Source: Hamiltosporidium tvaerminnensis FI-OER-3-3 (Eukaryota > Fungi > Microsporidia). Taken from it: a stretch of DNA of 64,000 nt. The stretch lies in contig JAKIMF020000004.1 in the NCBI GenBank assembly GCA_022605425.2, positions 1,240,001-1,304,000 of the forward strand, given 5' to 3'. Below the pieces are notes generated by a model. The model saw only the letters and a program-made list of their open reading frames with translations, was not told where the DNA came from and made no database searches. This document shows positions 38,455 to 48,900 of this stretch, piece after piece; the first letter of the stretch is position 1, and the number at the start of each line of letters is the position of its first letter. A program made the position numbers and the translations under genes.

Positions 38455-38799
38455 TAGATTTGAATTTATATTATTAAATTTATAAAATGTATCAAACTTT
38501 AAATTAAGTTTTTCGACATCAGAAATAACATACTCGTCATATTGCACATTTTTATCTTTCCTGGTGAAATTTTCGAAATATTCTACTTCATTTGTATCAA
38601 ATATACTGCTTCTTTGGATTTGACACCAGCATTTTAGTTTGGTTTCTTTTAAAAGTATATTAGAACACGATTCTTCGTAATTATATGGAATATTAAATCT
38701 AACATTTCTTTCACTCGAATGCTTAATAAAAATTAAAATTGAAAGAAATAATAATTTATGGAATAAATTCATATAAAAAGAGCAAAAATCAAATTTCAT
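34696..38799 (-). CDS. Chimeric ORF: 115 aa of a host secreted-protein N-terminus fused in frame to the 1251-aa LINE RT/RLE protein
   Basis: Uninterrupted 1367-aa ORF. Residues 1-115 include a signal-like stretch (LLFLSILIFIKHSS) and end in the TSD-encoded INSNL. The element then supplies N116 and its apparent own Met117 (ATG 38451-38449). Confidence 0.85.
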   Translation of the reverse strand: MKFDFCSFYMNLFHKLLFLSILIFIKHSSERNVRFNIPYNYEESCSNILLKETKLKCWCQIQRSSIFDTNEVEYFENFTRKDKNVQYDEYVISDVEKLNLKFDTFYKFNNINSNLNMGIRKYVGSEKQEEKIIKAANRASEVDEVIRECKNDQGIPQPSSYTPSTIINNISIPPSEANTNTKVCLLNTIPSPSNPMHSSTVTPRPDIAASWPNLCTIPISERLVVLRSILRSIEAERQEFIRCVLFAVQTRFDRMPRNGWKEIQSYYNEKFSCTETIDVLKRMAHNKTEEKIRQEENGERRRIATCLAEPCSLTDATRFISLREKYFSNIKKISEEEIGKVVVRTRKLPNELVDTTVLDLINRIVGEYADSHVPMTITDVARIIQTAQVCYDDETRKERPRSAWKESIESKISVLKLSKDILEKARRRKELSSSQTKSLKKIMREFNLDLNKTNDLSEAVVKKNELITVYEKKLTMYESRKQFRKENRMFELFRGRYYRGLSERVESEHVVNRDEIVSFWSTMWNKNNEIVTYDEYLIPFVPDTHQATFPSLDEFVDIINWLPNWKAAGIDGIYNFYIKKLTTLHKYLYDIVKAICFEGTPQANWFYHGLTYLIPKSVPQKGSDYRPITCMSNLYKLTTKCVTKVVQLEVERRGLLADNQLGAVRGVQGAKEQALLNFAINKEYGNNLKATWIDVKKAYDSIDHAYLTQVIENLNLPDWILKFIKVTISKWKIDISVGSEKIMNKKIDKGILQGDSLSPLLFVLCMDPLSRKLNEEYAKVTIQTEDASHSTNHLLFIDDLKLLAKDGTTLEKMTEEVKMFMKNIGLEINREKSATNDSCCENTATLLEGIGVYKYLGIIEDSRGIPTRKSFEEVQTKLIARVERLCRTRLNARNLFQAINQHAISLINYHIGVLRLEPGDFSKLDDAVRAVLIKNKIHLRPGCKERLYLPRTELGRGLHSVEFKSEHMLLQLLDCLEKSKETSTRRAAILKVENDNKTHLALIKDFLQVKYGTAEEVTKNKLDEAQLANLYNEIEKRKLHSKLYNARNNELVSVNDSSRWLKKGSVRPRDEAVFCYIQDRNVFWGAEGVCQHCNTSRKTVDHLATRCEKMLGHDYTRRHNEVVRCIHLLLLNKYKFKSSKRIRSHSVQEILDNEYAEIRVDTRIKTDVKIRNNRPDIFVLDKRRNKITLIEVGITSQDSLQIVETEKLRKYDLLANELGLIYKCSVEIIPYVITWDGIVTKYHKTYLKRLQIPINVEAYIQSIVLKKTVEMISLDRRRGIESGPSAEESWERASLSVIIGAEMHKQPTPPLKEVKNEEDSVKQVNSKNILPLILDDVTRPEEPTIDINDKSDVEKENKVVKVMEEIS

Positions 38800-39359
38800 A
38801 AATTTTAGAAAAAGATCGTATTTATAATTTTTAAAAGAATTTACCCATTTTGTTTATATTAGCTATAATTTTAAAATTTTTTTTTGTAACAGTCATAAAT
38901 GTGTTCATTTAACTGTGATTAATATAGGATCATCAATTTAAATCTAAAATATCTTAAATATAGTTTGCTGAAATAATTATTATAATATTATTCTTACATT
39001 TTCAATATTTTTCTGAGATAATTTAAATAAATTATGATAACCTTTTTTTTTAATGTTCGATTGTTCTTTGATATTTATAGAACAAATCATTGGGTGTTCC
39101 AAAGATCTTAGTATATCTTTATATTTCCAATTTCTAAAAGTATTAGATTTTTTTGTTTTTCTAGAATTCGTCATAAAAAAATACAAAACTTAGATCATTC
39201 TTAGAATAAAATAATATCCTTTGTTTGACGTTTGTTTTATTTTTTTGTTTAGTGGCGTAAAATAATGCGTTAAAAACAATACTAAAAACCTATTACAGCA
39301 ATCTAGAGATATAAATTTCCCAGTACCAAGTTAAATTATTGTAAATAAATATATTTTTA

Positions 39360-42300
39360 ACCTTACGAAATTTTGGTTATATATTTTCCCTCTATTAATA
39401 TTATCTTCAACGCTTTGACAACTTTATTTTACTTCTTCGAAATCCGCTCTTCATATATGTTCAAATCGGTTCTTGAATGTATGCAAACATCTAAAATATG
39501 AGGCGAAATATATTTTCGTTTTTAACTCATAATCCTTTTAATCGCTGGCTTTAAGGGCGGTTTTAGATTCTCCTGCATTTCGGTTACTTGTATAAGCGAC
39601 ATTTGCCTTCTTTCTTTACTTTCATGCGCATTTGACCTAAATTAAGTCTTATTTGTCAATTAAAATTGTTTTTTTTCGACTGACTTTTTATGTACTCGAC
39701 TATGTGTATGTTTTTATATTTACAAGTATCTTTTATCTTTTATGTATGTCTTAGTGTTTTGTTATAATCATCCAATTTATTGCATTGCGTATTATTACAA
39801 TACTAGACCTTTAAATAAACCCTAGCATATTGGTTAGTATTTCAAGCATTTTAGGTTTCTGTTTCAAAAGGTTAAAGTAAATAATTTACTAATATTCAAT
39901 TCTATTGAGTGAAGCCTATTTTCTTTAATTTCTATCCAAAATAAATATACCGAATCGATTTTTGCACTTTTGGTATAAGTTGTTATTCGGTTTTGCATTA
40001 TTGTTTATACAAACTAAATTTTAAAATAATTTTCGTACAAAATTTAAACTTTATTCGATTTAAAGACTAAAATCCATGTCGATTTATTGGGAGGTGTGTA
40101 GAAATCTCATTGCTTAATCTTTCTGTTTGGTGTAGCTTTCGAATTATTTTTTCACATAATTCGCTAAATTATCTAATGTTTTAGGGAATTATTGAGGTTT
40201 TGACACATATTATCTGCTCCTGGTAATAATTTTCTATCCTAGATATAGCTTAACACCCTTTATCACAATTCCAAAATCATCTTTGCCACAATTTTAAAGA
40301 TTCAATGGTGCACACAAGCTCGTTTTTTTCTTATCTCCTTAGCTTTAATTATGTATTCGATTTTAAATTTCGCGAAATAATTTATGATGTCGCATCTCTT
40401 CTAAGTTCTTTTTATGTCTTCTTATAATCTATATTTTACTTCGGGAAACCTTTTCTTTGTGCAAAATAAATTTCATCGTATTTTCTAAGTCGAAGATTGC
40501 CTTTTTTTGAATCTATATTTCTTTATATTTTGTAAATAACCTAAAAGTTGCAAATTTATATCTTTACTTCACAAATTTAATTATGAAGCCACACCCAAGT
40601 GCTTTTCTAGAAAATTAATACACTCATTACATTCTGAGTAAAGCATTTATAAATTATTAGCATGGCATGGATGCTCTGCTTTATCTGGCTTAAAGACTTG
40701 TTTAAGTTGACTTGCTCCTTATTTTCTTTCCACCAAAATATCTCATTAGATTAATTGAAAATGATAATTCTCTAGCATGGCATAGACTGTTATTATGTCT
40801 ATACATCTTAATATTGGTCTTATTTAACTTTTTTCGAATGAGTTAGGCCTCGATTTATCTCTTCTTTCTTATATTATTTCATAAATATTTGTAAACAAAA
40901 CACTTTCTAAAAGAGAATTATCCTCGTAAGACTTATAATATATGGCTGGTTTCTCTTTGTTTGTCTCAAATCTAAAAACTTTTAGAAATTATTTGGTTTC
41001 GCCTCCCAAGTATACAAACGTTAAACAGACTGTTGCAAATAGCTTTTGATCATTATAATCAAGAGATAATTGATAGCATGAGAAACAGCAGCTGCATATA
41101 TGCTAACTCCTGTATTTCTTATCGATTTATACTCTCAATGAATTTATACACAATACAACCAATAAATGTGATAAATATCTCTAAACACATATACTTTTCG
41201 AATCTTTTTTGTCATGAGTTTTTGGCTTTATTGATATATAAATTTTCATTTTGATATTGTTACTTTACGAGATTTACAACCTCCTCAGTAAATTTAGGTT
41301 TTAAATAGATTGAATTAAATAAGTATCATTGGTAGAATTAGGAGTTTTTGAGATCAATCTAACTTGCTCTATTGTTTTTTTTACTCTTAATTAAGAGAAG
41401 CGTTTTTTAAAGGCATTTTTTGCACCTTGCACACCTTTAACTACTCTTAATGTATATCTGATAAGACCCCAAGTCTTTCTATCTCAATTTCCAACTTTTT
41501 TGACGCATCTCTTCGTCAACTTGCACAGGTTCGAAATTTTGGTAATTGGCCTGTAGTCGTAAGCTCTTTGCGAAGTTACTTTCGGGAGTAAATATAAAAG
41601 CCTGCATTAGAACCAATTATCTAAAATTTACATGCTACGCATAAAATTTACAATATCATAAAGATATTTATTAAGAGTAGTAGGTTTTATGATGTTTATG
41701 AATCGTGAATACCATCGATAAAAGCAAATTTATCATGAAAATTCATTAATAATACTTAAACATCCATAAAGTTTAGAAAAAAATGAACAGATGAGTATAT
41801 GTACGAATGAAATATGCTAATTCATAAAAGATGTTCTCAATTGTTTTTTCCCAATTGTGGGCATAAACTCACGGTTCTATTCAAACTGACAATAAAATCG
41901 GAGTAAATGCGTTTAATTTTCAAGATCCATTCTATCTCTGTTCAACACAGATATAGCATTCTCTTTTCGTAATTACTTCATTTTAGAACATTATAAGTTT
42001 TACACGTAAACATTCAAAGACCCACTCTTATTAACTATAGCCATCGAAGGATCATTTTTTCTTCTTGATATAAAATTAATTTCGCACAATATTTTTTTAA
42101 GGAATTTTCTTTGCTAAAGAAAAGTTTTCCTGCCTATTGATCAAGTTTATAAGATCTTTGGAAGTTATAGCACAAGAAATTTTACTTTCTAAGTTTTCGA
42201 AAGCTAATTTAGGTCTTCCTTTCGTATTTCCTCGTGATAGTATACATATACGCCACCATAATGTTTAGAGTTATTAATTCCATCGATACACGAGATTCAG

Positions 42301-43470
42301 CATATTCGCCTAAGATTAAAACAATATAGTCGTCTTTATTACTGATAACGCGCATGTACAAGTTTCGAGTTTGAGGCAGTTCTTTCTTTTTTTTCTTCGG
42401 GTTTTTATCTATACTACACAAGTATTGCTCTCAGATTCATTAAAGAACTGTGGCAATCATGGTATTTAGTTTAGATTATCTATGTCGCCTTTTCTTCCAC
42501 TTTTTATTCAATTCTGGCTTTTTTTCTTTTTCTTTTATTATTTGCCCATTTTCTGAACGCATTGATAATTTTTTTAATAGCTTAGTCATAAAAATACCTC
42601 GAAATTTTTCGACAGCATTTTATGAGCCTTCCTCGAATCTCTTTTGTACTGCTAGAAGCATATACTAAAGTCTTTGTTGTATCACATTTCGATAGTTCTT
42701 GACTTACTGTAATAAAATCAGCCAATTTGCTATTATGAAGAACACGCTATTAAGACTTGCCTTATATTAGATGTCTACACGCAAAGTAATTAGCACGCGA
42801 AGACGGCCATTTGTATCAAACAAAACGATTAAGCTATTTAAACAACAATTGCTTGGTGTTAGGTTTATGGTGTTGCAGGATTGGTTTATGTATGGCCTCT
42901 ATGGTATCTTTTCTATATCAGGAATACACTATTTCAGTTTTTTTGAACCTCTTTTGAGCTGTTATGGGTTTATGTTTTGAATTTTCGTCCCAAATATTTT
43001 TTCTCTATCTATTTAATTGAAGTTTAAAAAAACATTTAATATTTATTTCATAAAAATATAAAGAGTGGAGAGAGAATTGCACACTAAAAACTATCTCCTT
43101 TGCATTCTGCGTGTAGAATTGGTGAAAATCATTTTTAATATTTTGGTGGGATATAAACCACACTGGATCTATGCACCGATTTCCTTAAATCCCGAAGCAC
43201 CATAGATTAAAAAGAAAAAATGAAGGCACAAAAGTTGTCTTAAAAACCAATGCACTGGGAAGAATTCGATCTACGATGCTTAATCATAAAACTAACAGAT
43301 TATTGTGGAAAAAAATAGAGGAAACTAAGAACGTTAAAATAGTAGCCTATAAAATCGGCTTTAGGTGAAAGAGGAAATGACCAAGAAAATTATAAAAAAA
43401 ACCTATCAATGAAGAATATGATTGCTTCCATTTGTTTTTCCTCGATACCGAGAGGTGAAAGAGAACTGGA
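39360..43470 (-). mobile_element. Full-length decayed R4-like LINE, including the putative 5' UTR
   Basis: Colinear matches to the intact copy: 39400-39450 (C-terminus), 39760-39960 (RLE), 40212-40256 (YIQDRN), 41420-41560 (GVQGA, YRPIT), 42290-42380 (GEYAES), 42640-42670 and 42980-43010 (ORF start). The family B module follows at 43062-43470. Many stops and frameshifts. Confidence 0.8.
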
Positions 43471-43903
43471 AAAACTATGTAAGTAATTTAAATAAAGTGA
43501 GAGGGGTAATTACTAAATTTTTAAGTATAAAGATCCAATTCAAATGTCTTGAATATTCTAAAGATAATAACATATATGCCTAAGCAGTTTTTGATATAAT
43601 ACAAATTTTATATTGAAGAAAGATAAATTTCTTGATTAATATATTAAAACAAATTTATTTAATGTTTTGGAAAAGGTGCAACAAGAATAATTCGATCCCT
43701 GATTTTTTACTAAGATTCTGAAACATGGGAATTTAGTTGAACAAAATGCTAACTTAAAAAAATTTATAATGAAAAATTATACCTTTAACAAACATTTTTA
43801 GAAACTGAACAAATTTGTTTAAAAAAATCACGTTAAATATATTTTAAAAATAAAAAAATCATACAACTAAATACTATAATGGGTTTATTGATCTAACATA
43901 TTT

Positions 43904-46798
43904 CTAACATATATTAGTATAACAGGGATTTTGACATTGATCTTGAGTGCATTCACATTTCTGGAGACAATCATTATCTTCAACCATAATTGTAGTATTG
44001 ATCGTAACAGTTTCATCAGAAGATACGTCACAAATAGTGGTGCTTAAATTTGGTATTTGAATCGAGCTTGAACTTGATAAAAAAGTTGTAATCAGACTAC
44101 TAAATGAATTAAGGGTTGCCAACGATTCATTTTCTTCATTCTTATCAATAGTGGCAAGAAGATCTTTGAGACTCTTTGTGACAGTAAGTGTATTGCATTC
44201 TGTTCTAGGCTCCTCGCCGTATTTAAATTCAACTGATCCTATTTCAAATTGATCTTGATTAGATTGAACTTGCTCGCTTGTATCCGCACTGCCTTTTTGT
44301 AAACAATCGTTAGTTGAATTTGTAAATAACATGATACCGCATCCTGTTGGCATTTGAACAGTTGGTGCGAGAGAAACGGGTGTAGCTGATTCCTTTTCGG
44401 GTTGTTTTTGAGAAGTGGCGCCTCCTACGGATGGAGAACTTGATCCCCCTCCAGAACCCCCTCCTCCTGTCGGTTGTGAACTTGAAGCCCCACCACCACC
44501 TCCCGCTCCACCACCACCTCCACCGGCTGATTGAGAACTAGGACCTCCTCCTCCTGCACCGCCCCCAGAACCACCTCCTCCTGTTCCACCTCCACCAGAC
44601 CCACCTCCACCGGCTGATTGAGAACTAGGACCTCCTCCTCCTGCACCGCCCCCAGAACCACCTCCTCCTGTTCCACCTCCACCAGACCCACCTCCTCCGG
44701 CTGATTGTGAACTAGGAACTCCACCTCCTGCACCGCCCCCAGAACCACCTCCTCCTGTTCCACCTCCACCAGACCCTCCTCCACCGGCTGATTGAGAACT
44801 AGGACCTCCTCCTGCACCGCCCCCAGAACCACCTCCTCCTGTCCCACCTCCACTAGACCCACCTCCTCCGGCTGATTGAGATCCAGGAGCTCCTCCTCCT
44901 GCACCACCACCTGTTCCTCCACTAGACCCACTTCCTCCAGCTGCTTGAGAACTAGGAGCACCGCCACCTGTTCCCCCACCTGATCCACTTCCTCCGGTAC
45001 CCGTTCCACCTCCTCCGCTACTAGAAGTTCCTCCTGTTGATTGTTGGCCAGAAGTACCGCTTCCGGCCGCCTGAGAAGTAGGCGCACCGGAAGCTCCGCC
45101 ACTTGTTCCCCCACCGGTTGCTTGTGATGTGGGTCCACCTGCTTGTGAGCCACCTCCTATTTCTTTCTGTAATTTATCCAAAGAATCACTCTCTTTTTTA
45201 ATTTCTTCTTGACTGACATCATTACTTTGATACACACCATTAGAAGTAAGCTGTCCTTTACTTGGAATTTCTTCTTTACCGCAACCACAATCTTTTCCTA
45301 CGAAAATTCCATTCTCATTAACTATTTCCTCGCCGACTTTTTTAAACTCTACATTTCCTGTATAATCTGCAAATACACCCGGTGATTTTTCGTATACTAA
45401 AACATCTTTTATATTAACAATATCAGGATTTTTCATTCTTATCGATTGTAGCTGCTTTTTATCACATTTTGCAACATCCCGTAATTCGTTTGCTTTACTA
45501 ATATAACTTTTTATATCCGAAACTGATGATGACATGGATGAAGACATCGAGGATGACATAGACGAAGACATTGAAGAAGACATAGACGATGAGGGCATTG
45601 AAGAAGACATTGAGGAGGACATAGACGAAGACATTGAAGAAGACATAGATGATGAGGGCATTGGAGAAGACATTGACGATGACATTGAAGAAGACATTGA
45701 CGATGACATTGAAGAAGACATTGACGATGACATTGAAGATGAAGAAATTGAAGATGACATTGAAGAAGACATAGATGATGAGGGCATTGACGATGACATA
45801 GATGATGAGGGCATTGAAGAAGACATAGATGATGAGGGCATTGAAGAAGACATTGACGAAGACATTGAAGATGAAGAAATTGAAGATGACATCGACGAAG
45901 ACATAGAGGATAAAGGCTTTGAAGATGACATGGCAGATGACATAGACGAAGACATCGAAGATGAAGAAGCCGATGACGAAATTGAACTTCCAATGGATGA
46001 TGATTTTAGATCAGAAAGTGAAGCAGAATCTGTTTTTTTAGAGGCAGATTGGGCACTAGAAGAACCGCTTTTTTCTGTGGTTTTCTTTCCAAATCCAAAA
46101 AAAGCTCCGATTCCTGAAGGTTCCTTTGTTGTCTGGTCGGTTGTTTCTGACTTTGATTTTTCTGCTGATTTCTGGGATGCCTCTTCCGATTTTGACTTAT
46201 CTTTTGCCTCTTTTGAAGCAGATTTTTCTGGTTCTGCTGCCTTCTTTGACTCTGATTTTTTAGCTGCTTCTTCGGATTTCGATTTTTCTTTCGCCTCTTT
46301 TGAAGCAGATTTTTCTGGCTCAGCTGCTTTCTTTGATTCGGATTTTTTGGCAGCCTCTTCGGATTTTGATTTATTAGCAGCTTCCTTTGATGCTGATTTC
46401 TCAGGCTCCGCTGCTTTCTTTGATTCAGATTTTGCCTTTTCCTTTTCATCCTTTGATGCAGATTTCTGTGTATCTTCTGCTTTTTTGCTTTCCTGACTTT
46501 GACCACTTTCTTGACTTTTTGGTTTACTACCGGAAGATTCCTGACCGCCTTGCTGTTGTTCTCCCGAAGATTGCCCATTTGTTTCCTTTGCTGCCAAATT
46601 CGAACGACTCTTCTTTTCAGAAATTTTCAATTTTGACTCGTCTAAATCCGATATTTTATTGACTAGCAGAGTTTCCAACATTTCATTAAAAGTCCTAAAA
46701 TTGTGTGTTCCTGTTTTATCTTTAATCTTGTAATTCGTTTCCTTCTGTTTAGAACTCATAATTATTAAAATAAATCTCATTATCATATTCACATACAT
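43904..46798 (-). CDS. Secreted multi-repeat structural protein (K/E/S/A, Ser-Met and Gly-rich blocks, conserved central domain, Cys-rich C-terminus)
   Basis: 964-aa ORF with a hydrophobic N-terminus and the repeat blocks listed separately. Shares its central domain and C-terminal Cys motif with 62356-63900. Confidence 0.85.
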   Translation of the reverse strand: MYVNMIMRFILIIMSSKQKETNYKIKDKTGTHNFRTFNEMLETLLVNKISDLDESKLKISEKKSRSNLAAKETNGQSSGEQQQGGQESSGSKPKSQESGQSQESKKAEDTQKSASKDEKEKAKSESKKAAEPEKSASKEAANKSKSEEAAKKSESKKAAEPEKSASKEAKEKSKSEEAAKKSESKKAAEPEKSASKEAKDKSKSEEASQKSAEKSKSETTDQTTKEPSGIGAFFGFGKKTTEKSGSSSAQSASKKTDSASLSDLKSSSIGSSISSSASSSSMSSSMSSAMSSSKPLSSMSSSMSSSISSSSMSSSMSSSMPSSSMSSSMPSSSMSSSMPSSSMSSSMSSSISSSSMSSSMSSSMSSSMSSSMSSSMSSPMPSSSMSSSMSSSMSSSMSSSMPSSSMSSSMSSSMSSSMSSSMSSSVSDIKSYISKANELRDVAKCDKKQLQSIRMKNPDIVNIKDVLVYEKSPGVFADYTGNVEFKKVGEEIVNENGIFVGKDCGCGKEEIPSKGQLTSNGVYQSNDVSQEEIKKESDSLDKLQKEIGGGSQAGGPTSQATGGGTSGGASGAPTSQAAGSGTSGQQSTGGTSSSGGGGTGTGGSGSGGGTGGGAPSSQAAGGSGSSGGTGGGAGGGAPGSQSAGGGGSSGGGTGGGGSGGGAGGGPSSQSAGGGGSGGGGTGGGGSGGGAGGGVPSSQSAGGGGSGGGGTGGGGSGGGAGGGGPSSQSAGGGGSGGGGTGGGGSGGGAGGGGPSSQSAGGGGGGAGGGGGASSSQPTGGGGSGGGSSSPSVGGATSQKQPEKESATPVSLAPTVQMPTGCGIMLFTNSTNDCLQKGSADTSEQVQSNQDQFEIGSVEFKYGEEPRTECNTLTVTKSLKDLLATIDKNEENESLATLNSFSSLITTFLSSSSSIQIPNLSTTICDVSSDETVTINTTIMVEDNDCLQKCECTQDQCQNPCYTNIC
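44430..45150 (-). repeat. Coding Gly-rich tandem repeat, 87-bp (29-aa) unit PSSQSAGGGGSGGGGTGGGGSGGGAGGGG
   Basis: ggctgattg recurs at 44525, 44612, 44699, 44786 and 44870. Confidence 0.9.
45525..46000 (-). repeat. Coding Ser-Met repeat (SSSM / PSSSM)n
   Basis: On the plus strand, 12-15-bp units of the gaagaagacatt / gacgatgacatt type span ~470 bp. Confidence 0.9.
46170..46470 (-). repeat. Coding 87-bp (29-aa) repeat KSKSEEAAKKSESKKAAEPEKSASKEAKE, about three copies
   Basis: gcagatttttc occurs at 46218 and 46305 (87 bp apart), with a third diverged unit near 46392. Confidence 0.85.
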
Positions 46799-47119
46799 TT
46801 CTAATGTTTATATTATGTTTTGATATAAATATTTCTGACATCGAAATAAATTACAAATTATTTGTTTTTTTGTTTCAGAATTTGTTTCTAGGTGTGATTT
46901 TTCTGAAAAAATGTTACAACATATAAAAAATTAGATTTCTTTTCTAACCACAATTTATTGTTTCTAAATTTAGTTTTATTTTAAATTATTTCGATGAAAG
47001 GATATTGAAATTTTAATGAAAAGTTTTTATTAAATTTTATATAAATTTTTTTGCTCCTAATAAATAAATATAAAAAAAATCAAAATATTTATATTTTTTT
47101 CCAGCACCAAAATCAAATA

Positions 47120-48900
47120 CTCGAATATTCTTACCTACAGAATGGAATTATTGCCCATAAAGAGCCCTAGGTTCATTTACTTCAAATTCTACCTATCACG
47201 ATCAAACACTTCTCTTTTACATTCGTCTATATCAAGGTTGCCAAGATTTACTTAAATTTAAACATAATTGACTTATTTTTGTGTCTCTGCAGCAAATAAA
47301 TATTTTCAATAAAATCTAAAAAATATGTCAAATGCTTAATTCAAAACATTTCCCTACTATTCAAAATATTAAAATTTTACTTTTTCTGTCGTTTATACAA
47401 TTAGGTTTCATGATACTCATTTATTGGATTCTCGTTCGCATATTTCTTTATTTAATATCTCTTAAGATAAATTTGGTAGTTTTAATTTCATAAATTGAAT
47501 TTTATTATAATTCTATATTTTAAAGTCATCAACATATTTTCAAACTTAAAAGATTGTTTATGTTTTATTCGAAATCTAGCCAGCCTGTGATTATTTCTGA
47601 ATCTGCTATACTCATGTATTATATTTGTTGCCTTTATATTAGTCACTTACTATAAAAAAAATTCAAAAAAAAACATTCCAGGAAATGAGTTTTTAAATAA
47701 AATTTTCAAAAATATTAATTTGCTTATATTAGTACGACTTATATTACTCAATCTTTTTGCTAATCAATCAAATAGAATAAAATATATTGCAATCTTATTC
47801 GGTATAATATCATACTGATTTCTATAGAATATTTGATTCCTTTTTTACAATAAATGTCTATTTTGAAACAAATAAATTTCTCAAAGTTTAGCTAATTCAT
47901 GTTTAATTTTTTTTAACAATATAAAATCATATTTGTCTAATTGCTTCAAACTATTTTAAATATTACATAAAATTGAATTAGAATAATTTCTGACTGCAGT
48001 AAGATAATATCAGCCTTGATAGTATTTTAAAAATCAATAACGTCTTTAAAAAGTTAGCAGAAATCGAATTCTTTTTAGATCAGTTTATTTTAAAATATAT
48101 CTATTATAAGGCTTGAGAATAGATGATTTAATTTATGTTCTTGTAATCGCGCAAAGAATATTTTATTTCGATAAACCAAAGTATGAACCGATATTTGTAG
48201 TTTAACTAAAAATTCCAATGTTGATTATTTATTTTATTTTTTTATATCGAATCTAATCTAAATTCAAGCTCTGTCAGTTATTCCAGATATAATAATGTGG
48301 CTCGCATAGTTAAATATTTTTTCTTAAAATTTCGTGAATTTTACAGATTTCCCAAATCTTCTTTGATTTTGATTTTCATTGTTGTTATAATTGAAATTGT
48401 ATTCAATTATTAATTTTATATTTGTAATTGTATACTAATGATACAATATATTATGTAATATTTGGACTATAAGTACCCAATGATCATTTTATCTCAAATT
48501 CTTTAATAATATATTGTATAAAGACAATATAATATTGGTGCTTATAAAAGCTTTAAACTAAAATTCTACTGTTTCGTAACTATAATTTTATGCTTCAAAA
48601 GAATATTTTCTCTCATAATTATATCATAGCTAGCCTCTGTTTAAAGAAATTTAATTTATAGGTTTATAGATTATTTGTTTTAAAAAAACCAATATATTTT
48701 AAGCGGATTGTATCAAGTTAATACCTAAGAAAAAATGATAAGCTAATAAATACATATTCTTTGCGCTTCGTTTGTTAATGATATAAAAAATATTAAGAAA
48801 TCGGTAGACTTTAACAAATTATATATTTTAAAAAAATATCTATTGCATTTCAAACGATATGTACTGAATTTTAAATGAATTTCATTTAATGAATATACCC
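47120..48900 (-). pseudogene. Decayed paralog of the LRR-like family gene at 32641-38799
   Basis: Minus-strand NSISANFLKTLLIFKILSRLILSYC (~48070-47995) aligns with NSKINCSFLVDILSLKELERLTISNS. NLGNLDIDEC lies near 47250. Many stops; boundaries approximate. Confidence 0.45.

Noticed and set aside
45534-46496. 320-aa Asp/Glu/Ile ORF on the plus strand, plus alternative-frame ORFs 44425-45153, 45511-45993 and 46006-46578
   Set aside because: These are shadow frames of the repeat blocks in the 964-aa gene; stop-free because of repeat codon composition.
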